A stretch of DNA of 64,000 nt from positions 96,001 through 160,000 of the IMG/VR virus record IMGVR_UViG_3300021431_004524; one strand, written 5' to 3'. Below, piece by piece: positions 11,720 to 21,916 of this stretch (positions within the stretch are counted from its first letter, which is position 1; each line of letters opens with the position of its first letter). The DNA comes from a virus (Duplodnaviria > Caudoviricetes). A program made the position numbers and the translations under genes. The notes below the pieces were generated by a model that made no database searches, had not been told where the DNA came from, and was given only the letters and a program-made list of their open reading frames with translations.

Positions 11720-12550
11720 TTATAAATTAATCAGAATTTCATCATCGTTTTTCACGTCTTCATATGAAGATATTTCAAATTTATATGTCTTGTATGGGTT
11801 TGTTACTTCATGTAGACTATATTTCATTGTTTCTACGTCCCATATTACAAAACCATGACCGGTTGTGTTTTCTCCGCTGTTGCATTGGAATACAGAGCCT
11901 GCATATACAATTGGAACACCGTTTTTCTTGATGGTCTGAAACTTATGTATATGTCCGGCCATAACACAGTCACATTCTTTGAAGTCGTTAGTATCAATAC
12001 CTTTCTCAGACATTCGACCTATATCAGTTACAGCACCGGCCACATCACCATGATATAATCCTATTAGTTTACAATCGGGATTCTTTTCCTTTAACCCATC
12101 AATGTTAGGTTTCATGAATTTATCAAACATTGAATAGAGTACCCATATAATGTTATCATCCTTGATATATCCACTTTTATAATTTAGAACCCTATCAGCA
12201 TACGTTATATTGGGATATACACCCTTAATTGAAAATGTAGGTGAGATTGAATCCATTCTATCTTGATTATTTTCAAGCATATCATGATTACCGGCGACGA
12301 TGATTGTTTTTCCGATAGCATTGATATAATTCATAAATTCATGAAATAAATCTTTTGATTCGTTGTCGGCTTTGATTTTCTTTTCAAATATGTCACCAAC
12401 GATTACAATTCTTATTTCTTCTTTTTTGAAACCTTTTGTTTCAAGCATTAATTCACCTGCAAGTTGTTTTAACATCTCGCCAAACGGTCTGTCTGAAGAC
12501 GTAGAGTTCGGTATATGAATATCGGCAATGTGTATAATTTTACGTATCAT
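11720..12550 (-). CDS. SbcD/Mre11-like metallophosphoesterase nuclease
   Basis: HIADIH, VGDIF, AGNHD, LYHG, AGHIH calcineurin-like motifs. Confidence 0.85.
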   Translation of the reverse strand: MIRKIIHIADIHIPNSTSSDRPFGEMLKQLAGELMLETKGFKKEEIRIVIVGDIFEKKIKADNESKDLFHEFMNYINAIGKTIIVAGNHDMLENNQDRMDSISPTFSIKGVYPNITYADRVLNYKSGYIKDDNIIWVLYSMFDKFMKPNIDGLKEKNPDCKLIGLYHGDVAGAVTDIGRMSEKGIDTNDFKECDCVMAGHIHKFQTIKKNGVPIVYAGSVFQCNSGENTTGHGFVIWDVETMKYSLHEVTNPYKTYKFEISSYEDVKNDDEILINL

Positions 12551-12718
12551 AATTTATATTTTTTGCAAATATACTACATTTTCTTGTTAAAACAAAGTTA
12601 ATTTTAGTTAAAAGTTTCTTATTCGGACCTAGGTCCTTGTATACATAGCATATTTATTGATAAATGAAAATATTTCTTATATTTTCATTTTATAGCTTAT
12701 AATTAATTTTTAGTTAAC

Positions 12719-13483
12719 ATGGACCAGGACCTGAAGAAAAAGAGAATAATATTAGGTTTAGATGTTTCAACACGTTGTATAGGTTCCACGGTGGCAAGCC
12801 TTGACGATAATGGAACAATTAAAATTTTAGAAATAAGTCATTTAAGACTTAAAACCCCATCTAAGATAAAGGGAACGAAGTCGTTATTTCTTAAAAGTGA
12901 TTTATTCAAGCAAAAGTTAAAGGACAAATATATGAAATATTATATTACGGATGTCATCATCGAAGAACCTCTTATAAGCAGTAACAATTCTGAAACTGCT
13001 GCAACTTTAATGAGATTCAACGGAATGATTTCACAGTCCGTTAAGGATATACTTGGTGTAATACCGGATTATATCTCTTCATATGACGCAAGAAAATACG
13101 GTTGTCCTTCACTTATGGCAATTAGGAAATATAATAAGCATGGAGAACCATATCCATATAAGAAGATTCAGAAATCTATTAGGAAGAACGAGTTAGTGCT
13201 GTTTGGTGCTTATCCATTTGATTGTGCCAAGAAATACATACTATGGAATTATATTTCGGAGAAATTCCCGGATATTAAGTGGGAATATAATAAAAAACAA
13301 GAACTAAAAGATGAGAATTTTGATGCAAGCGATAGTCTTATGTGTGTTCTTGGATATGTCAGTAAGTGTAAATATGGAAAGAAAGGACCGGAAATTGTAT
13401 GTTGTACGAGTAAGAAAAACCGCATTGAATATACGGTAAGTTTCTGTGGACAGACTTTTAGTAAAACAATTACTTTTGAATAA
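12719..13483 (+). CDS. RuvC-like Holliday junction resolvase
   Basis: ILGLDVST, VIIEEP, FDASDS acidic RNase H-fold motifs. Confidence 0.7.
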   Translation: MDQDLKKKRIILGLDVSTRCIGSTVASLDDNGTIKILEISHLRLKTPSKIKGTKSLFLKSDLFKQKLKDKYMKYYITDVIIEEPLISSNNSETAATLMRFNGMISQSVKDILGVIPDYISSYDARKYGCPSLMAIRKYNKHGEPYPYKKIQKSIRKNELVLFGAYPFDCAKKYILWNYISEKFPDIKWEYNKKQELKDENFDASDSLMCVLGYVSKCKYGKKGPEIVCCTSKKNRIEYTVSFCGQTFSKTITFE

Positions 13484-13508
13484 AATATAGTTAATTTTTT
13501 ATAAAAAA

Positions 13509-13540
13509 TTTGGATATTCAGTATGTTTTCAGTATATTTG
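13509..13540 (+). promoter_or_regulatory. Bacteroidota primary-sigma promoter (-33 TTTG / -7 TATATTTG)
   Basis: TTTG-N20-TAnnTTTG before primase; same pattern near 14581, 26088, 48576, 59703 and on the minus strand before 12550. Confidence 0.75.
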
Positions 13541-13558
13541 CAGACAAATCGAGTTTAA

Positions 13559-14575
13559 ATGGAAGAAAGCATACTGAATTTGATTTATACGTTTCTCGGC
13601 AGTTATGGAAAACATTCTGGTGAATGGTATTCATTCAATTGTCCTGAGTGTGCTGCTGAAAAGGGTGTAAAAGCAGATAATAAATACAACCTTGAAGTAA
13701 CCATAGACCTTGCAGTTAGAGGCTGTGGAGGGTATCATTGTTGGCGTTGTAAGGACACAAACGGCACAAAGGGCACACTTGTATCATTGTTCAAGAAATA
13801 TGCCTCTAAACCCGTCCTAGATGAGTTCAGGCAGATTGTATATGATTATCGTGAGGCAAGAAAATATGAATTATTCGATGGAAGTGGTAACATACCCGAT
13901 GAATTTTCAGAGGAAAACGAGTTTTTTCTTCCTGATGGCTTCAAACCGATAAGAGAAAATGACATAAATGCCAAAGATGCAATTGAATATCTTTCAAAAC
14001 GTGGTATTACCAATGATATAATCAGACGTTTTAACATAGGATACATCGGTGATGATGAAAATGTACATTTTTCTTTAAGAAATAGGATAATCATACCGTC
14101 TTATGACAGTTTTGACGGACTTAATTATTGGGTCGGCCGTGATTATACGGGTAAAAACAAGGTCAGATACAAGAATCCAAAGGCCGAGAAGACAAAATTC
14201 ATTTTTAATGAAGGAAAAATCAATTGGTATGAACCTATTACACTGGTAGAAGGCCCGTTTGACCATATTGTCGTGCCTAATTCAATACCTTTACTTGGAA
14301 AAACGTTGGATAAGGATTATTTACTCTATGATAGGCTTGTTAAGTATTCACATAGCCTTATTAACGTGTTTTGTGATGATGACGCGTTGTATAATGCCAA
14401 AAAGATATATAAATTATTGGAAAATACTGAATTAAATGGTCGTATAAGGCTTATTGAGTGTCCAAATGGGTATGATGCTTCATTAATTTATGAAAAATAC
14501 GGAAATAAGGGTATTTTATCATTTTTAACAAAGGCTAAAAAAATAAATGACTATGAATTAGCAACTTTATGCTAA
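13559..14575 (+). CDS. DNA primase (Zn finger + TOPRIM)
   Basis: CPEC...HCWRC, YLSKRGI, RIIIP, LVEGPFD, DDDA. Confidence 0.85.
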   Translation: MEESILNLIYTFLGSYGKHSGEWYSFNCPECAAEKGVKADNKYNLEVTIDLAVRGCGGYHCWRCKDTNGTKGTLVSLFKKYASKPVLDEFRQIVYDYREARKYELFDGSGNIPDEFSEENEFFLPDGFKPIRENDINAKDAIEYLSKRGITNDIIRRFNIGYIGDDENVHFSLRNRIIIPSYDSFDGLNYWVGRDYTGKNKVRYKNPKAEKTKFIFNEGKINWYEPITLVEGPFDHIVVPNSIPLLGKTLDKDYLLYDRLVKYSHSLINVFCDDDALYNAKKIYKLLENTELNGRIRLIECPNGYDASLIYEKYGNKGILSFLTKAKKINDYELATLC

Positions 14576-14640
14576 TTCATTTTGTGTTTTTGTAAAAATA
14601 TAGTATATTTGCATAAGATATTGATTTAAAGGGAATAGAA

Positions 14641-15039
14641 ATGACAGTTGAAATTGAAATAATAGACCGTGTTTTCTATGGCTTAGAGGATTTTTGCTCT
14701 GCTAATGGGTTAGATGTTAAGGAATACATGTCTGATGCCATTATGGAGAAATATAACCTCGACAAATATGGTGATTTAAACGAAAAACTTGCTAAAAAAA
14801 CGAATATAGAGTCTACCAAGACAGATGAAACCAAGAAAAAGGTTGGAAGGCCAAAGAAAATAAAGGAAGAGGAAATAAATAATGAACAAGACGTTACATC
14901 ACAGGTTACTGAAGACAGACAAACAGAGCCAAAAGAAGAAGAAACAAGACTTGTGGAGGAACCAGTGGTTGAACCTGTGCCTATTGAAACAAACGGCGAA
15001 CCAGTTAAGAAGATAAGAAGGACATTAAAGACAAAATAA
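14641..15039 (+). CDS. hypothetical protein
   Basis: 132 aa ORF after host-type promoter. Confidence 0.6.
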   Translation: MTVEIEIIDRVFYGLEDFCSANGLDVKEYMSDAIMEKYNLDKYGDLNEKLAKKTNIESTKTDETKKKVGRPKKIKEEEINNEQDVTSQVTEDRQTEPKEEETRLVEEPVVEPVPIETNGEPVKKIRRTLKTK

Positions 15040-15042
15040 AAT

Positions 15043-17463
15043 ATGGTTAATGTAAATCCGACAGATAAATTAGTATTTGATTTGAAAATGCTTCAAATCG
15101 ACTTCAACGAACAAAAGAAAGAGTCTCTTAGAAAGGAAATATCTGAGAAATATGGTGTTCCGTTGAAGAATGTTGAGGTTAATTTTGTACCTATTACCGT
15201 TGATACCGATGGTAATAGGATTTCTCTGACCTCAGATGTCATAGAGAATGTACAAGACCCTAATTTCCAAATTGAATTAATGAAGGAAATGCTTGATATT
15301 AGGGAAACAAAGGACGTTGATATTGAGGATATTAAAACTATTGATGCACAGGTTAACGCCTTCGTTGATTTTGACCAATATTCAAAGTATAAACTATATA
15401 AATTCAAATATGTAAAGTGGAGTAATTACCTTTCATACGGTAAGGATAACTATTTTGACTTTACAAAACTTCATGGACTTGTATTATTGAATGGAGAACC
15501 TGAAAATCAGAGTGGTAAAACAACTTTTGCAATAGATTTGCTCAGATTTGCATTATTTGGAAAGGCCCATAAGTCTCCAAACCTTGATAGTGTATTTAAT
15601 GTATACCATCCGGAGGAAACAGAGGTTGTTGTAGAGGCAGGAATTGAGATTGATGGTGTTGATTATGTAATCAGAAGAACAGTTACACGTCCTGCTTTGG
15701 AAAAGAGGACAAAAAAGAGTAAATCAAAACAGAAAATTGAGTATTTCAAGTTACTTAATGGTGATTATGAATTGATTGAGAACTGTGAGGGAGAAACTGG
15801 TGCTGAAACAAACAATATCATTCGTGAATCAGTCGGAAGCGTTGAGGATTATAATCTTGTAATTTCAGCAACTTCAAAGACACTTGCGGATTTGTTTGAT
15901 ATGGGACAGACTGATAAGGGAAAACTATTTTCTCGTTGGCTTGGCTTGCTTACTATTGAAAAGAAAGAGGAAATAGCAAAGGATTTGTGGAAAAAGAAGA
16001 TTTCACCGACATTACTTTCGAATACATACAATAAGGCAACCATTGAGAGTGAAATGACCGATTATGACACCCTTATTAAGAATAGTAAGGATGAAATAGT
16101 AAAGTCGCAGGAAAAGTTAAATGCTTCCAATGAAAAAATCAATAATCTTAATAACGAGAAGGTAAAAGTACTTACGAATCGTAAGGAAATAAAGGAAGAA
16201 TTAATCAAACTTGATGTTACTACGATAGAAACTAAATTAGCCACTAATAATACGGAACTTGCTAACTACCGTGCTCAAATGACTAAGTTAAAAGAGGATT
16301 ATAAAGTAGTAAAGGATGCTAAGTTTGATGAGAGTGAGTATACTTCAACAAAAGAAACAATTGAGAAGAAGAAAAACGAACAAAAGACATATTCAGACAA
16401 GAATATTGAAATAAAGGTTAAAATAGGTCAATTAAGAAATGATACAAAACGTATTGAGAAGTTAATTGAGGACAAAGTATGCCCGACATGCGGACACCCT
16501 ATTGAACTTGATGAACAGAACGGCTTTATTGATAAGAATAAACAAGAAGAAAATAAACTTATCGATGAAGGAAAGAAGAATAAGGCCGAAATCGATAGAA
16601 TACAGACTGAAATCGATAAATTGAACAAACTTGTCTCAGACATGGATGTTCAAAAGGAAAATCTGAGGAAAAAAGGTGAATTTGAACTTAGAATGACAGC
16701 CATAAAGTCTAATATTGAGAATTTGAAACTTAAAATTGCGGATTTAGAAAGACAAAAGACTGAAATTGAGACAAATAAGGATAATATCAAGTATAATAAT
16801 GAGATTGATATTAAGATAAAAAATCTTGATGAGACAATTAAGGCTGAAACAAATATAAAGGAACAACTTATCAAGGAAATTGAAAGTTATAACAATAATA
16901 TCAAGAATTACGAAAAGGAAATCACGAAACGTAAGGAACTTGTGACAAAGTTGTTAGAAGAAGAGAAAATTATCAGAAATTGGACTATTTATCAACAATT
17001 AGTAGGAAAGAATGGTATCGTAAAGATTGTGCTTAAGAGGGCATTGCCAATCATTAATAATGAGATTGCACGTATTCTTGACGGTCTGTGTGACTTTGAG
17101 GTTAAATTGTCGATTTCAGATGATGGCAAGGTGTGCATGGACTTGATAAGGGATGGAGTTGCGATTGATTTAGGAACCGGGGCTTCTGGATTTGAAATGA
17201 CGGCATCTGCACTTGCTATTAGAAGTGCTTTGGCTACAGCCAGCTCGTTGAGTCATAGTAATTGTTTGGTTTTGGACGAGGTTACAGCCCCAGTAGCAGT
17301 ATCAAATTATGATAATTTACATGAATTATATAAGAGAATAATTAAAAATTACGACTTTATACTTCATATTTGTCATAATGAAATGCTTTCAGATTGGCAC
17401 GACCAAAATATTGTAGTAGTAAAAGATTTAAAGAACAATGTTTCAAAAATTGAACTAAAATAA
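15043..17463 (+). CDS. SbcC/Rad50-like SMC ATPase
   Basis: Walker A NQSGKTT, coiled coil with CPTCG zinc hook, ASGFE signature, LVLDE Walker B. Confidence 0.9.
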   Translation: MVNVNPTDKLVFDLKMLQIDFNEQKKESLRKEISEKYGVPLKNVEVNFVPITVDTDGNRISLTSDVIENVQDPNFQIELMKEMLDIRETKDVDIEDIKTIDAQVNAFVDFDQYSKYKLYKFKYVKWSNYLSYGKDNYFDFTKLHGLVLLNGEPENQSGKTTFAIDLLRFALFGKAHKSPNLDSVFNVYHPEETEVVVEAGIEIDGVDYVIRRTVTRPALEKRTKKSKSKQKIEYFKLLNGDYELIENCEGETGAETNNIIRESVGSVEDYNLVISATSKTLADLFDMGQTDKGKLFSRWLGLLTIEKKEEIAKDLWKKKISPTLLSNTYNKATIESEMTDYDTLIKNSKDEIVKSQEKLNASNEKINNLNNEKVKVLTNRKEIKEELIKLDVTTIETKLATNNTELANYRAQMTKLKEDYKVVKDAKFDESEYTSTKETIEKKKNEQKTYSDKNIEIKVKIGQLRNDTKRIEKLIEDKVCPTCGHPIELDEQNGFIDKNKQEENKLIDEGKKNKAEIDRIQTEIDKLNKLVSDMDVQKENLRKKGEFELRMTAIKSNIENLKLKIADLERQKTEIETNKDNIKYNNEIDIKIKNLDETIKAETNIKEQLIKEIESYNNNIKNYEKEITKRKELVTKLLEEEKIIRNWTIYQQLVGKNGIVKIVLKRALPIINNEIARILDGLCDFEVKLSISDDGKVCMDLIRDGVAIDLGTGASGFEMTASALAIRSALATASSLSHSNCLVLDEVTAPVAVSNYDNLHELYKRIIKNYDFILHICHNEMLSDWHDQNIVVVKDLKNNVSKIELK

Positions 17464-17484
17464 AAGAATATGGATTATGGATAG

Positions 17485-18189
17485 ATGAAGAGAACACAAA
17501 CGTTCGAGAAATTGGATGAAATTGATGCCTATTTTGAAGATATTAAGAAATATCGACCACTTTCTTCAAGGGAAGAAAAAGAATTGGCGGTTAAAATCAG
17601 AAAAGGTGACAAATCCGCTTTAGATAAGTTAGTTAATGCTAATCTAAAATTCGTTGTCAATTACGCAAAACAGTACCGTAAAAGTGGCGTACCGTTTTCA
17701 GACTTGATTTCTGAGGGAAATATAGGGCTTATTAAAGCGGCTGAGAAGTTTGATGAAACCAAGGGCGTTAAATTCATTTCATATGCCGTATGGTGGATTA
17801 GAAACTCAATTCAAGAATGCATAAACAGATATCTTGGAAATGTAGAAGAAGTAAATGCAGAAGCACACGTTTTTGACAATTGTAAAAAGGCCGAATATGA
17901 TTATTCTTCTAAAATAGTAAATGAGGAATTTGAAGAGGAACTTACAAACCTTCAAAGTAGGGAGGCCACGATTTCCGAATTAATGAAAACACTTAAAAAA
18001 CGTGAGATAAGAATACTTTCACTGTATTTCGGACTATATGACGGAAGAGAAATGACGTTAGATGAAATAGGACAAGAAATGGACTTGACAAAGGAGAGAG
18101 TTAGACAGATTAAAGACAAGGCGTTGGTTAAACTTAAAGTTAATGCTCTTTCATCAGACGAGTTCGATACATTTAAAGAACTAAGATAA
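17485..18189 (+). CDS. sigma70-family RNA polymerase sigma factor
   Basis: ANLKFVV, DLISEGNIGLIKAAEKFD, KFISYAVWWIR, TLDEIG...TKERVRQI. Confidence 0.92.
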   Translation: MKRTQTFEKLDEIDAYFEDIKKYRPLSSREEKELAVKIRKGDKSALDKLVNANLKFVVNYAKQYRKSGVPFSDLISEGNIGLIKAAEKFDETKGVKFISYAVWWIRNSIQECINRYLGNVEEVNAEAHVFDNCKKAEYDYSSKIVNEEFEEELTNLQSREATISELMKTLKKREIRILSLYFGLYDGREMTLDEIGQEMDLTKERVRQIKDKALVKLKVNALSSDEFDTFKELR

Positions 18190-18212
18190 TTATATAAATA
18201 AGGTATAATAAT

Positions 18213-18761
18213 ATGGCAAAAAAATCCGAAACTAAAAAGAATAAGAAGCAAGTCAAGAAGAGCGAAACCAAGAAAGTTGTAGATACAAGTTTCAAGGACG
18301 CATTTATGGAAGATGCAAAGAATACAACTTTCACTGAGGAAACAGTTAAAGAATTGGATGAAGTAAAGGTTGAACCAACTGATAATGAACCTGTAGAGGA
18401 AACAAATGAGGTTGAAGTCGTTAATGCGACTGAAGAACAAGAAGATACGACACTTGACGTAACAGATAGTGAACATGAACATTGGGACATTTACGCAACG
18501 GGTAGTGAAAATGAAGAACCTGTAGAAGAAGTTGTTACGGAAGCAGAGCCGACAGAAGAAGTGCCTCAAGTTCCATTTGTACAAACAGTCGTCGAAGAAG
18601 AATCTGAGAGTAATACGGTTGTGGAATCTGTTTCTTATACTCAGACTGAGGTTGAAGAAGAACCACAACCAAAGAAAGAAGAAATTAAACCTAAGAAAAA
18701 ACGTTCGACTTCAAAGGAAGTATACGGATATCATTGGATGGGTCTTATTTACGATGAATAA
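18213..18761 (+). CDS. acidic low-complexity hypothetical protein
   Basis: 182 aa E/T/V-rich ORF. Confidence 0.6.
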   Translation: MAKKSETKKNKKQVKKSETKKVVDTSFKDAFMEDAKNTTFTEETVKELDEVKVEPTDNEPVEETNEVEVVNATEEQEDTTLDVTDSEHEHWDIYATGSENEEPVEEVVTEAEPTEEVPQVPFVQTVVEEESESNTVVESVSYTQTEVEEEPQPKKEEIKPKKKRSTSKEVYGYHWMGLIYDE

Positions 18762-18779
18762 AAATATATGATTTAAACG

Positions 18780-19286
18780 ATGAGTAAGGATAAAGGTTAT
18801 ATAGAGATTAGCGAAAGCATCAGAAGAATACGTGAGATAAATGAAGGTGGTCATCTGAATGAGGATTATTCATTTACTTCGACATCTACCGGTGTGCCGT
18901 CGTATAAATACCAAAATTCAACGGAAGATGATAACAGTGATGCCGTACCTTATACGATGCAGGATGAGTTAATGGCTAATATCACACAAACAGCCAAAAC
19001 ACAATTTGGCGCAGATTTTTCACAATCAAAAACACCTATGTTATACTATCCGAAAGACGGTGATGTGGTGCTTAGTGGAACTATCAGTGATATGAATGAT
19101 GCCAAATTCCAATTTAGATTTAAAGATTCTACCGGTAGCGGGTGTTATGTATGGGTTTCCCCACTTCAACTAACAGATGAAACAATAAATAAACTTTCCG
19201 TTATTAACGGTGTATTCAAAAATTGGAAAAAAGAACTTTCCGGTGTTGAGGATATTAAACCGATGGGTTTTAACAATAAACAATAA
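18780..19286 (+). CDS. hypothetical protein
   Basis: 168 aa ORF followed by terminator. Confidence 0.6.
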   Translation: MSKDKGYIEISESIRRIREINEGGHLNEDYSFTSTSTGVPSYKYQNSTEDDNSDAVPYTMQDELMANITQTAKTQFGADFSQSKTPMLYYPKDGDVVLSGTISDMNDAKFQFRFKDSTGSGCYVWVSPLQLTDETINKLSVINGVFKNWKKELSGVEDIKPMGFNNKQ

Positions 19287-19292
19287 TATATG

Positions 19293-19323
19293 GAGATAGA
19301 TTTCGGTCTATCTCTTATTTTTT
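19293..19323 (+). terminator. intrinsic terminator
   Basis: GAGATAGA-tttcgg-TCTATCTC then T-rich tail. Confidence 0.7.
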
Positions 19324-19381
19324 CTATGGTTTTACAAACATTCTTGGTTTGAAAACTATTTATAGAAAATACTCATTATTA

Positions 19382-19597
19382 ATGACAATTACTGAGAATG
19401 AAATAAGGAAAATGCTTCAAGAAGAATTGACCAAACAAGAGGTAAGGAGCATGATAGACGATAAATTATCTGAGTATCTTAAAGACCGAGAACTTAAGAA
19501 ACAGATAAGAAATATTGCCGTTGATGTTATTGACGATTTTTTCCGTGAAATGTGGAGAAAGAACGGCTTTTGGAAAAATCCGCTTAAAAATAGATAG
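19382..19597 (+). CDS. hypothetical protein
   Basis: ATG at 19382 preferred over TTG 19349; begins MTITENEIRKMLQEEL. Confidence 0.55.
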   Translation: MTITENEIRKMLQEELTKQEVRSMIDDKLSEYLKDRELKKQIRNIAVDVIDDFFREMWRKNGFWKNPLKNR

Positions 19598-19608
19598 GAG
19601 ATGCACCG

Positions 19609-20811
19609 ATGAATGATGTTATAATGTCAAATTTGAAAAAGTATGCCGCAAAGAACAAAAGTAGTGTTTTCGCCTTGAGGGATTGGATTACATTAAAAAT
19701 GAAAAATTTCTCTCTTACGGATGCACTTGAATGTGTGTATTTATTTGCCGGTGGACATGAGGATGAAATGACAAAGATAATCAAACAACTTACTGAAAAA
19801 CGTAAAGTTAATGGGCGCACACAAGTATATAATGCTGATAATATAGATATGATTGACATTGTTCGTGGTGCTAACGGAAAACTTGAATTGAGGGGCTATA
19901 ATCCGGATAAAGAACCAATGGCAAAAGGTCAACATGTATCACGTAACCCTAAAATATTCAGAAAGAGTGATGGTAAAATCAGTAAGACGTTCCAAAATTC
20001 TGAGAAGAAGATGATGGATTTCGGTGAAAAAGTAAGAGCACTTTATCCGGATGGTGATAATATGTATATTACACATGCAATGCAAGCCATTAAGAATTAT
20101 GCCAATGATAAGAAGATAAGTCCTGATAAGGTAATAGCATCGTTAGAAAAAGGAAGACTGAAACTGAAAGATGAGGATTATAACACATTTGAAATAGTTT
20201 CCGCTTTCAATGAATCAAGAACTATTGTAATAACCGAGGCGATGTTAAATGAACTTTACAATGAGTATGAAATGACTGAACATAAGTTCTATAACAATAT
20301 TAAGAAATTTCTTGCAGATTTACTTGCAGACCCGGTTAATGCAAAACCAACGAAACTTCTTTTAATGTATGGCATTACACGTAAATTCCTATTGAATCAG
20401 TTAGAGCGTTGTGGTATAATTGAACGTAAGAATAAAATATCTGATAAAGATGAAAACGGACAACCCAAAGAAGCCACAATGATGGTTGATTTCAATGTAC
20501 CGAGAAAAAATTTTGATAGAAAACTTAATCGTTTGTGGATAAGATTGTTTGAAAAGAATTTACCACCAAGAAAACGACATAATACAGAAATAAATGAAGA
20601 AGGGGAAGGCGCAACAACGGCAGACGCTTCAGGTGAGTTCTCTCAGCCGTTATTCCCTATGCAAAGAAGAAAAATGCCGGTAGAAGTTGAAGAGGCAACG
20701 GCCACAACAACAGCCGGTGACTATGAATACGACGTTCCTTTTGCCGGAGATAAAGAGACTTTGGCAAGAAAGAATGGCGTTGGGGGTTCTGTTTCTGTAA
20801 ATAGAGTATAA
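19609..20811 (+). CDS. hypothetical protein
   Basis: 400 aa ORF. Confidence 0.6.
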   Translation: MNDVIMSNLKKYAAKNKSSVFALRDWITLKMKNFSLTDALECVYLFAGGHEDEMTKIIKQLTEKRKVNGRTQVYNADNIDMIDIVRGANGKLELRGYNPDKEPMAKGQHVSRNPKIFRKSDGKISKTFQNSEKKMMDFGEKVRALYPDGDNMYITHAMQAIKNYANDKKISPDKVIASLEKGRLKLKDEDYNTFEIVSAFNESRTIVITEAMLNELYNEYEMTEHKFYNNIKKFLADLLADPVNAKPTKLLLMYGITRKFLLNQLERCGIIERKNKISDKDENGQPKEATMMVDFNVPRKNFDRKLNRLWIRLFEKNLPPRKRHNTEINEEGEGATTADASGEFSQPLFPMQRRKMPVEVEEATATTTAGDYEYDVPFAGDKETLARKNGVGGSVSVNRV

Positions 20812-20825
20812 ATTTTTCGTAAATA

Positions 20826-21023
20826 ATGAATATTTATAGATGTAATAATGACGAGTATGCTCACGAGGCAGTAATAGAAAGATTGAAAGATATTGCAGGT
20901 GAGTTAGAACTTGAAGAAGAGAAACCGGAAGATGAAAGGGACAGTGAAAAGGAATTTAAACTTATTTACCGCCAATTCATTGAGGGTTTGAAACTGTCAA
21001 CAGGATACAGATATGGATTATAA
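20826..21023 (+). CDS. hypothetical protein
   Basis: 65 aa ORF in operon spacing. Confidence 0.5.
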   Translation: MNIYRCNNDEYAHEAVIERLKDIAGELELEEEKPEDERDSEKEFKLIYRQFIEGLKLSTGYRYGL

Positions 21024-21044
21024 AAAATTTAAATAAAATAAAAA

Positions 21045-21908
21045 ATGTTATCAAAGAGATATACGTTCGGCGAATTAAATAGAATCCTTATGGAAAGCCA
21101 CAACGAGTTCAATCCTAAGATTGGCGATAAGGTGGAGAGTGAGGACAAGAAAAACAACGAAAAGGCAGTGGACGATATCATGAAACAGTCTAAGGAGTTC
21201 GATGGCGGTATTACTGATAAAAAGAAGAATACCAACAAAGAAGACATACAGGACTTCAACAAGACGACCCTTGATGTAGAGTTTGCATCTGAACCGGGTG
21301 AGGCTTACAGAGAGAGAGTTAAAGCACAAGTTCATGGTTTCCCATCTGCTGATAATGAGAAAAACAGCAAGATTAAGGAAGATAACAAATCCTTAGATTT
21401 TGAGGGTAATGAGAAATTCTATGACGCACAGAAGAAAAAGTCAGAAGAAATAAGTGACAAGGAGGCAGAACTTAAACATGCCGGCCTTAAAGCACGTGAG
21501 TTACCAAAAGAAGATTTCAAAAATGATACATTATTTAAAGAGAATAAAACAATGAAACGATTACATTTCAAAAATACCGTGTTTCTGAGTGAAGCACAAA
21601 TGCTTAAGAAAGTGCCGGAAGAATATAGAACATCTGACGGAAGATTTATTATGAAGGATGCAAGCGGCACTGAATACCTTGTAGAATGTTCTTATAACAA
21701 AGAATTTAATCATGGAAAATTAACGGTTGTTAATAAGACAAATAAAGAACAAATCAATGAACAGCTTGACCGTATGAGAGAATTGTTTGATTATAACAGT
21801 TCGTCATATATGGGCGGTACAACAAGTTCTTCAAGAAAAACAGAAACACAAGGCTTATCTGAAATGATTAACCGTGTAAAAGATATAGAAAAAGACGGAA
21901 TTAAATAA
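21045..21908 (+). CDS. hypothetical protein, possible head-internal protein
   Basis: 287 aa K/E-rich ORF. Confidence 0.55.
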   Translation: MLSKRYTFGELNRILMESHNEFNPKIGDKVESEDKKNNEKAVDDIMKQSKEFDGGITDKKKNTNKEDIQDFNKTTLDVEFASEPGEAYRERVKAQVHGFPSADNEKNSKIKEDNKSLDFEGNEKFYDAQKKKSEEISDKEAELKHAGLKARELPKEDFKNDTLFKENKTMKRLHFKNTVFLSEAQMLKKVPEEYRTSDGRFIMKDASGTEYLVECSYNKEFNHGKLTVVNKTNKEQINEQLDRMRELFDYNSSSYMGGTTSSSRKTETQGLSEMINRVKDIEKDGIK

Positions 21909-21916
21909 ATTTTGAA

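Noticed and set aside
17952-18668. 238-aa minus-strand ORF and similar antisense ORFs
   Set aside because: Shadow frames of biased plus-strand genes.
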